Virus record (IMG/VR): IMGVR_UViG_3300020153_000001
Coordinates: 32,001-96,000 of that record
Reading direction: 5' to 3' (one strand)
Length of the DNA: 64,000 nt
Source of the DNA: a virus
This document shows, one piece after another, positions 45,431 through 55,590 of this stretch. The stretch's first letter is position 1. Each line of letters opens with the position of its first letter. The translations under genes and the position numbers were made by a program. A model generated the notes under the pieces. That model made no database searches, was not told the DNA's origin, and saw only the letters and a program-made list of their open reading frames with translations.

Positions 45431-47312
45431 GTGTTTTTGACTCCGGAGTCAAAAACCGATGGCTAACGAGGCAGTTCTTATTCACGAGCTGTTTTAATAC
45501 CCGCAGCCCGATACTTCTCCCCGTGTGTGGGTGAGCTGCCAGCTTAGTAATCTGGTCTTTATGTATTCTATAACGTACTAACACGTCAGGAATATTGTAT
45601 AATTTACGACCACTCATATAAGCACGAAGCCATAAGTCTAGGTCGATACAACAACTTAAACGCTCGTCATATCCCCCTAAACTGGTTATACTCTTCTTCC
45701 TGTACATTACGCCTGGGTTATTAATGAACCAAGGCCGGTTCCATAAAACGTATTTCGCTAGCTCATAATAAGAAGGTATGGGCGTACTAGCATGATTTGT
45801 TACGTGCAGTATTCTACCTGTGTCATCGTCGAATGCTTCTAGCTGGCATCCGCAAATATCAATATCTGGGTTCGACTTCATTGCGGACACCATCCTTGCC
45901 AGCCACGTTGGGTACGCAATATCGTCGCTATCAAAACAGGCTACGAGCTCGTGTTTCGCCTCTTTAAGCCCTACATTTCTAGCAGCGCTAGCCCCTCTGT
46001 GGTCGGGTAGTACTATTAGCCTTACCCTGCTATCGGACTTGGCTATATCGTGTAGCTTGTTCTTTGTTGATTCGTTTGACGACCCATCGTCAACCAATAT
46101 GAGCTCCCAACTGGGCCACGTCTGCGAAGATATTGACTGGTAGCATTCCTCTAGATATTTGGGTTTCGTGTTATACACAGGAACGACTATAGATACCGGC
46201 GTTTCGGTCGCAGTGAACGGCACATCTGGCGGCAAGGTGCCGTTGTAGACAGCTTGTAGATATTCGGCCCAGCGACGGCCGACTTCGTCCATATTATAGT
46301 TTGCCCTTATCACTTCTCTAGCGCGTAAGATATTTGCTTTATTGCTTTCGCTAGTAGCTTCTAGGATTGCAGTAGCTAGCGTCTTACCGTCGCGCGTCGG
46401 CCGAATGGTTACAGAAAATTTGCCATACTTAGACTCAAAATATGGTACGCCACCAACTGGCGTAGCAACTGTCGGTATTCCCGCAGCCCACGCTTCCAGC
46501 AACGCCAAGCTGCAGCCTTCGCAACGGCTTACAAGGACAAAGCAGTCAACGGCAGATAAAATGTCGCCGACTTGTGCGCATTTTTCTACAAAACGGGCAC
46601 GAGGGCATATAGAACGAATATAGTTAACCTCTTTTTCTTCCGCCGGCCCCACAAACACAGGGATGTATCTGTCACCTAGAACGTTGGCTGCGTTTGCGAC
46701 CACGTCGACTATCTTGCAACCGTCATCGACAACCCTACCAACGTAACCTATCACAACGTCATCATCCGACACCTTCCAACGATTTCTTATTTCTTGTCTA
46801 CCTAGGATGGTATTGCATCGATCCAGGTCAACGCCATTAATAATGACAGTTGTAGCTTCCGGCTTTGGTAAAATCGCAGATGCGGCTGGAGATACAGCCA
46901 CCCATCTATCCACAAGCGGCGCTACAGCAGCCGATAGTCTCCTTATATAATCGCTGCTGCTGTTCGAGACAAAAACGCTTATGCTGTTTTCACATTTATT
47001 AGGCGAAAAACAGCCTCTATACACCACGATCTTATTACTCGCGAAATTCCATATATCCGGCCTGTATAGTTGGACCGATCCCAAGAGAAGAGCTTCTTCG
47101 ACAACCAACGGATTATTAAGCGAACTAAGAAACGCAATGCCGAGATAATTAAACACCTTACTGTCCAACGACTTTGCCAGATTGACAGCGGATCTTGAGT
47201 TGCCGCCGAAAGACAAATGATTTACGACAATCCCAACAGGTATTCTATTGGGATATAGCTCAGACATTAGTCTGGTCCTAATTTCATGCGAAACCTTAAT
47301 GTCAGGAAACAT
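45399..47312 (-). CDS. Two-domain glycosyltransferase (GT4 + GT2)
   Basis: EGCSLALLEAWAAGIP; VSIVVPVYN...VDDGS...FDSDD. Confidence 0.9.
   Translation of the reverse strand: MFPDIKVSHEIRTRLMSELYPNRIPVGIVVNHLSFGGNSRSAVNLAKSLDSKVFNYLGIAFLSSLNNPLVVEEALLLGSVQLYRPDIWNFASNKIVVYRGCFSPNKCENSISVFVSNSSSDYIRRLSAAVAPLVDRWVAVSPAASAILPKPEATTVIINGVDLDRCNTILGRQEIRNRWKVSDDDVVIGYVGRVVDDGCKIVDVVANAANVLGDRYIPVFVGPAEEKEVNYIRSICPRARFVEKCAQVGDILSAVDCFVLVSRCEGCSLALLEAWAAGIPTVATPVGGVPYFESKYGKFSVTIRPTRDGKTLATAILEATSESNKANILRAREVIRANYNMDEVGRRWAEYLQAVYNGTLPPDVPFTATETPVSIVVPVYNTKPKYLEECYQSISSQTWPSWELILVDDGSSNESTKNKLHDIAKSDSRVRLIVLPDHRGASAARNVGLKEAKHELVACFDSDDIAYPTWLARMVSAMKSNPDIDICGCQLEAFDDDTGRILHVTNHASTPIPSYYELAKYVLWNRPWFINNPGVMYRKKSITSLGGYDERLSCCIDLDLWLRAYMSGRKLYNIPDVLVRYRIHKDQITKLAAHPHTGRSIGLRVLKQLVNKNCLVSHRFLTPESKTHEADSRLRNI
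45435..45454. repeat. 20-bp palindrome, copy 14
   Basis: Exact, extends to 24 bp; codes LTPESK; GGAG lies 10 nt before ATG 45430. Confidence 0.98.
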
Positions 47313-49125
47313 TTGCTAAGCTCTTGAGACACGACGAAAATTCTCTTTTCAGGATAGCAGATCGATAGGCCATGTCTGGACTGGCTGTAAGCTGTTCTTT
47401 ACCATGTTTTCGGTAGTTAACTAATATGTCTGGTATGTTGGTTATTTTCAGTCCTGCCTTAAACGCACGTAACCACAGATCTAAATCCTCGCAATATAGC
47501 GAGTTTTCGTTGTAACCCCCGATTTTCACTATTTTACTTCTTCTAAATATAACGCCAGGATTGTTGATGAGCCACAACCCTCCCGTATCTGCACGTGGCT
47601 TTATGCATTCATACGTAATTGCTTCTGGATGCTGCGTCGTATAGATTGTCTTACCGGTGGTGTCGTCAAATAAGCGTAACTGACACCCGCATATGTCAAT
47701 ATCGGGATTTGCCTTCATTGCAGCAACCATTCTTGCCAACCACTTTTGATCGGCAACATCGTCGCTATCCATGTTAGCCACAAGATCGTACTTCGCTACA
47801 TTAATTGCAACGTTACGGGCAGTAGCAACACCGCAGCGCACTGGAAGTCGCACGAGTCTTACTCTAGAGTCCTTGGCAATTTCTTGCAGCTTTTCCGTAG
47901 TGCACGTCTGAGTAGACCCGTCATCTACGATCACAAGTTCCCAGTGTTTCCATGTCTGAGCCTTTATAGAATCCCAATATTCCTGCAAATATTCAGGTTT
48001 TGTGTTGTAAACTGGAGTCATTATGGAAACGTAAGTCTCTGACGGCGTAAATGGCTTATCGGCAGGAGCTTCGCCAGTATGAATAGCGCATAAATATTCT
48101 GTCCATCTACGTCCAAACTCGTGGATATTGTAGTTTGCCAGTATAATATCTTTTGCCCGTCTTCGGCTTTCTTTATCTACCATCACCTTCAATACTGCAC
48201 GGGCAAGCTCGTCTGCAGAGCACGCGGAAACGTCGACTGTAGGGCTGCCATATTTGGCCCTGCAATAGGATACGACACCCACATCCGACGAAACCGTTGG
48301 TACGCCAGCCGCCCAGGCCTCCATAATAGCTAGACCGCACCCTTCTGATAGGCTTGGAAGTACGAAGCAATCCATCGCAGCAAGCGCATCACCCACATGA
48401 ATCGATGACGACACTATCTTGCTGGAAGGACAAACGGCATATATCTTTTCGACTGTCAACTTGTTATAAATTTCGCCTACAAAGACAGGCACAAAACGCT
48501 TACCAAGCATCCGCGCAACTTCTGCTAAGAGTTCTGGCTTTTTGCTCCTGTCGTTTGCTATCCTGCCTAAGTAGCCTAATACGATCTGGTCTTCGCTTAC
48601 TTTCCAGCGTCGTCTAATTTCGTCGCGTCCAATTATAGGCAAGCATCTGTTTATATCGACACCATTTAGGATTATCGTTACTGCACTATGGTTTGGCAAA
48701 GCGCTTGCCGCCGCAGGCGATACGGCAGCCCAATATTTAACATATGGAATCAACGCATTGTGGCATGGTATTCCGGCGCCATGACCGACATATAAGACGT
48801 TACCGTCGTTATATAACAGAGGTAGCAGAGGAACTAACGGGCTACAATTTGCCACTATAGTGATTATGTTTTTGTAGCTTGACCATCGTGTAACGTCGCC
48901 ATAGTTCACAAGTTTTGTAAATCGTTGTACTTCATCAACTAGCTCGATACAATGTCCGTCGTAGTAACCTAGCGCTACGCCAAGAAAATCTATCTTATTC
49001 CGATCTACGGATTTAAGTAGATCGGCTATCCACCTTTCGTAGCCGCCCATAAACATCGCGTAGGCGCTAATTCCAACAACAGCTTTTCCTTTGTCGATTT
49101 GTACTTGGCTATGCGCTGCATTCAT
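47302..49125 (-). CDS. Two-domain glycosyltransferase (GT4 + GT2), paralog
   Basis: GGYERW; EGCGLAIMEAWAAGVP; PVYNT...VDDGS...MDSDD. Confidence 0.9.
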   Translation of the reverse strand: MNAAHSQVQIDKGKAVVGISAYAMFMGGYERWIADLLKSVDRNKIDFLGVALGYYDGHCIELVDEVQRFTKLVNYGDVTRWSSYKNIITIVANCSPLVPLLPLLYNDGNVLYVGHGAGIPCHNALIPYVKYWAAVSPAAASALPNHSAVTIILNGVDINRCLPIIGRDEIRRRWKVSEDQIVLGYLGRIANDRSKKPELLAEVARMLGKRFVPVFVGEIYNKLTVEKIYAVCPSSKIVSSSIHVGDALAAMDCFVLPSLSEGCGLAIMEAWAAGVPTVSSDVGVVSYCRAKYGSPTVDVSACSADELARAVLKVMVDKESRRRAKDIILANYNIHEFGRRWTEYLCAIHTGEAPADKPFTPSETYVSIMTPVYNTKPEYLQEYWDSIKAQTWKHWELVIVDDGSTQTCTTEKLQEIAKDSRVRLVRLPVRCGVATARNVAINVAKYDLVANMDSDDVADQKWLARMVAAMKANPDIDICGCQLRLFDDTTGKTIYTTQHPEAITYECIKPRADTGGLWLINNPGVIFRRSKIVKIGGYNENSLYCEDLDLWLRAFKAGLKITNIPDILVNYRKHGKEQLTASPDMAYRSAILKREFSSCLKSLANVS

Positions 49126-50503
49126 CGCACGCTCTAAACTCGCTTATTAGGTCGGCGCTGTCTAATATTATGTCATAGCTTTCGCTTAACATAACCACTC
49201 CACACACTGGCTCATTTCTTGCGACGACTCTGACAATTTTACCGTCATAACAAGGTAGTGTGTCTTGTATATCGGCAACAAACACTTTGCTTAGCGTATT
49301 ACAGTCAACTATAACCCAATGTCTTCCATCTGAGCATTCTGGCGATAGAGCAACTAAGCAATCTTCTGGCGCATAAATAGTCCCTCGTTGGTAGCAGTCA
49401 TCGACAGCCCAATCGACGATGGCCCCTTCTGATAACGCCCCCTGCAAGGCTTTCATATAAGATGGGCGGGCGATGTATGCATATACCCGATATATAGACC
49501 TTGCCCTGACCACACCTAATATGCCGGTAGCTTGCGGCGGGGATGCGTGCTCGCACCCGAGTACGATACACTCCCAATCTTTCGGCACGCTTGCTAAGAA
49601 TTCAGATACTTGTTCTGTGAAATTATCCGCAATATAGGCACAGTCCTCCATGATAAGTACCGAGTCGACGCCGCTAGAAAAACCGTCATGCAGCGCTTGT
49701 AGGTGTGTCATTTGGCGGCCGAGGAGCCTATTATTTAGACTTACTCGGCGTATAGCCTTGGATCTGTCTGCGTCCGTTAATTTATAAACAGTTGGGATGA
49801 CAAACGGCCATCTAGACCCGTGTAGCGAGTCTATTAGCTTCGAGGCCAGGTTTGGACGATAGTCATTCTCAATTACATATGCACAACCGACAAACTTTTT
49901 AAGTTCTTCTTCCGAAAGCTTGCAGCCCCATTTACAAATCGGACAGTGTTCTGTGGCCATTGCTATCTTATTCTGCCACGCTCTCGGGTCTCGACTTAAT
50001 CGGCAACCACATATTTTGCATATCTTTTTGTCGTGGTCGTAATTAGAACAGGCTTGGCATATCTGTAGGATTTTATTTATCTCTTTGGCAGATCTAGTAG
50101 GTCTACCACTTGCTAGCCACCGTGTAAGCGCCTTTGAATATCTTACAGCGCGATTAATGATATTTGGCGTTTTCGAGCCTTGAACTTCTGTCGTGCCCTT
50201 TTTACATTGTGGTCTTCGAGATAATATAGTGATAGCTTCTTTGTTATTAACACTTCCTTTTAAAGCAACGTAGTCTCCGCATATCTTGCACGTCCAGTGT
50301 CGATTTCCGTCAGCTCTATAACTTTCTATCCATACGTGTCCGCCGACATTTAAAATCTCACTCTGCCAACCGCACGGCGGTAGCTTATCGAAGTCCGGCA
50401 ATATTACAGAACCATCGGAGTTCCTAGCCAACCTAACAATCGCGCCGCAACGGCTGCATTCAAGTAGAGTTTCTGTGATTTTGTTAAATGTGCAGGCCGA
50501 CAT
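49109..50503 (-). CDS. Cys-rich Zn-finger + GT-A (GT25-like) + Cys-repeat domain protein
   Basis: Several CxxC pairs, ICQAC..CKICGC..HCPICKW; VLIMEDC GT25-like motif; C-terminal copy of the repeat found in 50511..52532. Confidence 0.6.
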   Translation of the reverse strand: MSACTFNKITETLLECSRCGAIVRLARNSDGSVILPDFDKLPPCGWQSEILNVGGHVWIESYRADGNRHWTCKICGDYVALKGSVNNKEAITILSRRPQCKKGTTEVQGSKTPNIINRAVRYSKALTRWLASGRPTRSAKEINKILQICQACSNYDHDKKICKICGCRLSRDPRAWQNKIAMATEHCPICKWGCKLSEEELKKFVGCAYVIENDYRPNLASKLIDSLHGSRWPFVIPTVYKLTDADRSKAIRRVSLNNRLLGRQMTHLQALHDGFSSGVDSVLIMEDCAYIADNFTEQVSEFLASVPKDWECIVLGCEHASPPQATGILGVVRARSIYRVYAYIARPSYMKALQGALSEGAIVDWAVDDCYQRGTIYAPEDCLVALSPECSDGRHWVIVDCNTLSKVFVADIQDTLPCYDGKIVRVVARNEPVCGVVMLSESYDIILDSADLISEFRACDECSA

Positions 50504-50510
50504 GACTCTA

Positions 50511-52532
50511 CTACTCCGGACAGCTAGACAATTCTGACAGGACTTCGACTGTAGGACGAACAGCGGTTACATATTCCAAGGCTGTCCCGTATTGTACAAC
50601 GCCGTCTGCAATTCGCTTTATGGTATAAACCCGGTCTAGCGGCAATACACCGCCGTAATATTCGCTATCGCGGCTATCGCACAATTGCAGCCTTGTGTAT
50701 ATCTCAAAGTCGTAGCCACTACCCAACTCCGGACTATTATTAGAACTAGACTCCGAACTGCTTTCATTACTTGACCCTGAAGAATCGATTGGGCTGGTCT
50801 GGGCGGGCAGAATCGGCTGGACTATGCGAGGGTCCTGTTGGCCTAAGAGCAATACGGCTTGGGCATTGGTAGCAGGGCAGTTAGATCCAATATAGATTGC
50901 CGGCCAAATTCGGTATCCTTCTGGCGTGGTTCTCCAGTCAACAGCAATGTAGGGGTCTTCATAATCGGTCCATACTCCTTCATACCAACCTTCTGCGTAA
51001 GCGACAGTCCCCGGGTCGTCGCAGAGATGAAAGATGGTGTAGGTCGTGCCCCCCGAACTGCTTTCGCTACTGGACTCGGAACTGGATTCACTACTAGACT
51101 CGCTACTGCTTTCGCTGCTGGATTCGGAGCTGGATTCGCTACTGGACTCGGAACTGCTTTCGCCGCATGGTAATACTAGTACGTCGTCCATTTGGGAAGA
51201 ACTGCACAAGCAACCCTCCTTAAAGTAGAGCTCGATTACGCTAAACTTTATGCAATTGCCATCGATAGTTGGTGGGCTTGCAAGGGCATAAGCCGTGGTT
51301 GTTATTCCATTACAACCACACAACGACTCTAGGCATTCTTCGCAAGATGAAAACGGCCCGGTTACATCTTCTGGAACAATAGACTCCGTCGGAGCGTTTT
51401 GGGTTACATAGCCACACGAGTAAATCCTACCATTAACCATTACTCGTACTATAAGTCCTTGCAGAAACGGCAGTACGTCTTGATACCCCTCCAGCTTTAT
51501 AAGCTTGTTAGGATCATTACAATCTTCTATAACCCAAGTACAACGTAAGCAGTCGGTACTAACAACCTCGATAGTGAGAGTGTTAATGCCGACATATTTT
51601 TCGCCAGAGTAACCCTTTGTGACAGTGCCGCAGATGAGAATATAGTCGCCTTCCTTTATCCTAATTACGACATTTCCTTCATACCGCCCGAGCTCGGTAT
51701 GTAAAGATGGGAATAGTAGCTTTCTACTAGGATCATTACAATCCTCTACTATATAGGTACATTCATCGCAATCATTTATGGTCTCCACGGTTAGCGTTTC
51801 GCTGGTATTAGTCTCTGTATATAGGCCCCTTTCCACTTTGCCGCACATAACAAAATTGGATCCTTCCAGGACGCGTACAAACTGACCTTCATAAGTGTCA
51901 AGACCAGGATATTCCGATAGATGGACTTTCCTGTTCTCGTCGGCACAGTCTTTTACATACCATTTCGGAATACACTCCTCGCAGTCTTTGTAAGGTCCAA
52001 CAATCCGACGACCGCGCCGCTCTTCGCCGTCCTCGCTATAAACAACCTTACCACACGCAACGACTTCATCGTTTTCGTCTAGTACTGCAACAATCAGGTC
52101 CACGTATCGCGATAATTCATAGTTTAATGCTGGAAAACGCAATATCGACTGCGTATTGCAGTCTTCTATACCATACTCGCACACGGAACACGTATCGAGA
52201 GGCTCGATTGTAGGTATATCGCTATGTTCTTCTTCTGTATAATGCCCAAACTCAATCGTACCGCATACAACAACATGATCAACGTCAGTGACACGGACGA
52301 GAGTGCCCCGGCCAAGCTCTGCTAGCGCGTCCTGGCGATGGACGACATAGACTCTTCTGTTACTGTCAAAACAGTCTACAACAACCCACACATCGGCGGC
52401 GCTAGAACTACTAGACGAACCTGAGCCGCCAGACGAACTAGATTCGCTAGATGAACTAGGCTCTTCACCGCTAATCGAACAAATATCGTCCGGCAACGGC
52501 TTAAACGCTAGTGTTGTATATCGCTTTGCCAT
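50511..52532 (-). CDS. Cys-repeat, Ser-rich protein, putative tail-fibre/appendage
   Basis: Five ~70-aa repeats (DC...CG...CxxC) and three Ser-rich tracts; adjacent to baseplate genes. Confidence 0.55.
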   Translation of the reverse strand: MAKRYTTLAFKPLPDDICSISGEEPSSSSESSSSGGSGSSSSSSAADVWVVVDCFDSNRRVYVVHRQDALAELGRGTLVRVTDVDHVVVCGTIEFGHYTEEEHSDIPTIEPLDTCSVCEYGIEDCNTQSILRFPALNYELSRYVDLIVAVLDENDEVVACGKVVYSEDGEERRGRRIVGPYKDCEECIPKWYVKDCADENRKVHLSEYPGLDTYEGQFVRVLEGSNFVMCGKVERGLYTETNTSETLTVETINDCDECTYIVEDCNDPSRKLLFPSLHTELGRYEGNVVIRIKEGDYILICGTVTKGYSGEKYVGINTLTIEVVSTDCLRCTWVIEDCNDPNKLIKLEGYQDVLPFLQGLIVRVMVNGRIYSCGYVTQNAPTESIVPEDVTGPFSSCEECLESLCGCNGITTTAYALASPPTIDGNCIKFSVIELYFKEGCLCSSSQMDDVLVLPCGESSSESSSESSSESSSESSSESSSESSSESSSESSSGGTTYTIFHLCDDPGTVAYAEGWYEGVWTDYEDPYIAVDWRTTPEGYRIWPAIYIGSNCPATNAQAVLLLGQQDPRIVQPILPAQTSPIDSSGSSNESSSESSSNNSPELGSGYDFEIYTRLQLCDSRDSEYYGGVLPLDRVYTIKRIADGVVQYGTALEYVTAVRPTVEVLSELSSCPE
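51053..51162 (-). repeat. (SSES)n coding repeat with scrambled codons
   Basis: About 8 SSES units using AGC/AGT/TCC/TCT/TCG and GAA/GAG. Confidence 0.9.
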
Positions 52533-52557
52533 ACTACTATCCTTTTTTAACTATTGA

Positions 52558-53946
52558 CTATTGCGCGTTCACTTGTAATAAAGGTTTCGTACCATCTTGA
52601 ACGTACTCGACGACGGAAATAAATTGCATGTCCGGCGCTACATTAGCAGGTAGTATAATCGCAGTAGCGCATCTATAGAAAAATCTAACCATTACTTCGG
52701 CTGGATTTATTGTGCTAAGGTCTTCATAGTATTCGGACAAAAGGTTGTATAACATAACATCCAACGTTCTCTCTCGCTCGCGTACTCGATCCCAAAACAG
52801 AGTCACATCGTTAGAGCTACCTTCTAATGGCCAGCTAATCTCATAGCCACGCGCAGTTTCGACTATTGTTGTTTGAACAGTGTTGTTTACGGCGTATATA
52901 GTGTTCGATGGTCCTGATACGATAATCGAATCCTTTTCTAGGTGCCGTTGCGACACATCTTCTAGCTCTCTAACAGATGCGTTTTCGGCTGTACGCTCCG
53001 CACTCACCAGTGTCAATATACCATCGGGATATATCGGTATCTTTGGAACATATGAAGGCACGACGCCGTCGTGAAAGTCTATAACATTGAAGCCTTCCAC
53101 GAGCGGCGTCCATTTTGTGAGCTTGTCGTTTTCTGAAACAGCAAGTTCAAACGATGACGATACAAAATATTCCATTTTATCTGTTTTAACAAGATTACCA
53201 CCTGTAACCGGGGTAATGTCCAAAACTATTTCCGATTCGGCAACAGAGATGGGGATCTCATAGTATAAAGCTGCTAAACCCCTAAGCCTCGCTGGCGTTA
53301 GTCCTTTGGCTAGCGCCTCCACCATCAGCAGCGTAAAGAGTAAACGATCGTAGTAGTCGTCGACGCATTTGTTGTTGACATCAATGAGGTATGTGAAGAA
53401 TCTATCTAGTAAGGATGAGTTCAGAAGCGTAGCATTCTTTAGCCACAAAACATAAAAGTACCGCTGCCCGCCGCCATAGTAACCATAAAAGGACGCTCGC
53501 GGATCGCTAAGAAAGTACAAGTAGTCGCCGTCTATATAGAACTCATCATCCCATGTAATAGTTGGATCGAACGGCTTATTTACAATAGCTTCTATGCTGA
53601 ATATATGCGACGGCAACGGTACCCGATACTGTCCACTTACAGCCTGAATATCGTCATCGCTGATAATTAATGGAATGTGCTTGTATTTAACGACCGGAGA
53701 GAATTTGTCGAGTATCGAGCTAAGATCGTAAGAGAAGTCGCTTATTATTAGCTCGTAAATCTTATAGTGCGACTTAAATACAGCATCTACCAAGGACTCA
53801 TGTCCTGGCATCGCGGCCGTGAAGCTGTCCCTTATAGCCAAAAAGCTGTCCAAAGGGATGGATACATCTATAGATGGTATATCAATCGGTCTGTATATAG
53901 CGCTTATCGACCTGGATGTAGCCGTACCATCTCGCCAGGTAATCAT
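52558..53946 (-). CDS. Putative baseplate component
   Basis: Follows the baseplate J-like gene; start moved to ATG 53946 (SD from palindrome). Confidence 0.45.
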   Translation of the reverse strand: MITWRDGTATSRSISAIYRPIDIPSIDVSIPLDSFLAIRDSFTAAMPGHESLVDAVFKSHYKIYELIISDFSYDLSSILDKFSPVVKYKHIPLIISDDDIQAVSGQYRVPLPSHIFSIEAIVNKPFDPTITWDDEFYIDGDYLYFLSDPRASFYGYYGGGQRYFYVLWLKNATLLNSSLLDRFFTYLIDVNNKCVDDYYDRLLFTLLMVEALAKGLTPARLRGLAALYYEIPISVAESEIVLDITPVTGGNLVKTDKMEYFVSSSFELAVSENDKLTKWTPLVEGFNVIDFHDGVVPSYVPKIPIYPDGILTLVSAERTAENASVRELEDVSQRHLEKDSIIVSGPSNTIYAVNNTVQTTIVETARGYEISWPLEGSSNDVTLFWDRVRERERTLDVMLYNLLSEYYEDLSTINPAEVMVRFFYRCATAIILPANVAPDMQFISVVEYVQDGTKPLLQVNAQ

Positions 53947-53966
53947 TTTTGACTCCGGAGTCAAAA
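53947..53966. repeat. 20-bp palindrome, copy 15
   Basis: Exact; fills the whole gap between stop 53967 and ATG 53946. Confidence 0.98.
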
Positions 53967-55574
53967 TTATGAAACCAGGATAGACACGTTCTGGGGATAT
54001 TGAACTAGTGCTGTGTTCTTTCCAGAAACGCCATAAGCAGATAATGTAGGCACACAAAGGCTGCTAGAAAATCCGATTGTGTAATAAGTAAGATTAGGTA
54101 GCAGGATAGATCCCCCAAATGTGGTATTTGTTATATAAACTCCAGACGGTAGTAATGAATTAACTGCATCAGCTAGGTCGGCGCCGTAAACGCATTCTTC
54201 AAACATGAGCGAGTTGATAAACTCGCTTGCTTTTGCCTTTATCGCATTTGCTATTTCATCCGACACGGTTTTTGTTAAATAAATTCTCGTATTAACGTGG
54301 CAAATGAATGGCGCTTTTACCAGTATGTCTAGCCCGACAGGCCTAATCTCGTCACAAGATAGGTATTTTTGCGCGCTATCGACAGCGGGCATATGATAAA
54401 TAGTAGCATAATAATCTTGCGTTCTTGTTCCGACCTCTTCCGGTAATACTTCAGTATCGGTGTCGACGAATTCAACTGTTATTTTATGAAACGGCGAAAA
54501 AACACCCTCTGCGATACTTGCTATATCCGGAACGAATGGAAAACCTGTAGGGTTTAGATCAAGGCTAGCTGTTTGCAATGTTATTTCGTATCCCTCGTCG
54601 GTAGGCAGCGACGTAATAGATCTTACTTTTGTGACTAAGTACGATACAGGACACAAGCCCCTCCCAACTGTAAACGACCAGATACCATCATTATTAGAGT
54701 TAATCCCTATCAATGTAGCTGTTACGCGTTTTGTTGTGTAAATAGGTGTTCGCAGAGTTCTTACATAGATATCAATCTTGCCGCCTATAGAAACGGGCAA
54801 TATACCGCGACGGTCTCGCTGCATTTCGGCGTCATTGGCGCCAATAACAGATACTGCAATAGTTCCGAGTAGATTGTTGTCATAGTATTTGTTCGTGGAG
54901 GCTGTTCTTAGTAGCGAAAGAACCTGTGTGTTGTTAGCTAGCCCCCTAATCCCAAGACCAGCCAATATCCTGTTTGCAGCTTCTTTGGCGGTTTCGGGAT
55001 CTGCGCCTCCGTAGAACGACGACGACAAGATCGCGTAAAGATTAGGTATTTCGAGCGTAGTCGAAAGCGGCGTGTTTTCTTGAATATTATAAACGGACCC
55101 GACGGACGTGGCCTTTAATGGCACATCAAACCCCCAATAAGGACCAACTCGTACTAATATCCGATCTTCCGGACTCAGTCTATATTCTTCAGAAGGAATA
55201 GCTCTTACAGTCTCTGTCGATTCGTACGACAGATTGCTGGTGGTAGTGAATATGGTACCGGCTGGTATCGTGATTACAGATGTCGAACTAACTAGTATTG
55301 TGGCCGAGCCTGTGGCGTAGAGACCGTCGCTAATAGAAACGCCCAGCCCTTGTAAGAACGATCTAGCAACATCCTCATCGACCAGTCCCGCTACTATATT
55401 CTGTAGACCGACCGATTTGAGTTTTCGCTCCACGTCGTCGGAGATATATCCATATATGGCTGTGGCGGGCTGAACAAGCAATCGATCTATAATGTTGTTC
55501 TGGAATGATATATCAGGAAACTGAGAAGAAAGGATGCCTAATAGGGTTTGCCGAATTGTTGTCACATCAGCCAT
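53967..55574 (-). CDS. Baseplate J-like wedge protein (contractile tail)
   Basis: ATGSATI..TIPAGT.FTT, ATSVGSVYNI, FYGGADPET, VSVIGANDAEMQRD. Confidence 0.8.
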   Translation of the reverse strand: MADVTTIRQTLLGILSSQFPDISFQNNIIDRLLVQPATAIYGYISDDVERKLKSVGLQNIVAGLVDEDVARSFLQGLGVSISDGLYATGSATILVSSTSVITIPAGTIFTTTSNLSYESTETVRAIPSEEYRLSPEDRILVRVGPYWGFDVPLKATSVGSVYNIQENTPLSTTLEIPNLYAILSSSFYGGADPETAKEAANRILAGLGIRGLANNTQVLSLLRTASTNKYYDNNLLGTIAVSVIGANDAEMQRDRRGILPVSIGGKIDIYVRTLRTPIYTTKRVTATLIGINSNNDGIWSFTVGRGLCPVSYLVTKVRSITSLPTDEGYEITLQTASLDLNPTGFPFVPDIASIAEGVFSPFHKITVEFVDTDTEVLPEEVGTRTQDYYATIYHMPAVDSAQKYLSCDEIRPVGLDILVKAPFICHVNTRIYLTKTVSDEIANAIKAKASEFINSLMFEECVYGADLADAVNSLLPSGVYITNTTFGGSILLPNLTYYTIGFSSSLCVPTLSAYGVSGKNTALVQYPQNVSILVS

Positions 55575-55590
55575 GGTTTATTGTCCTTAT

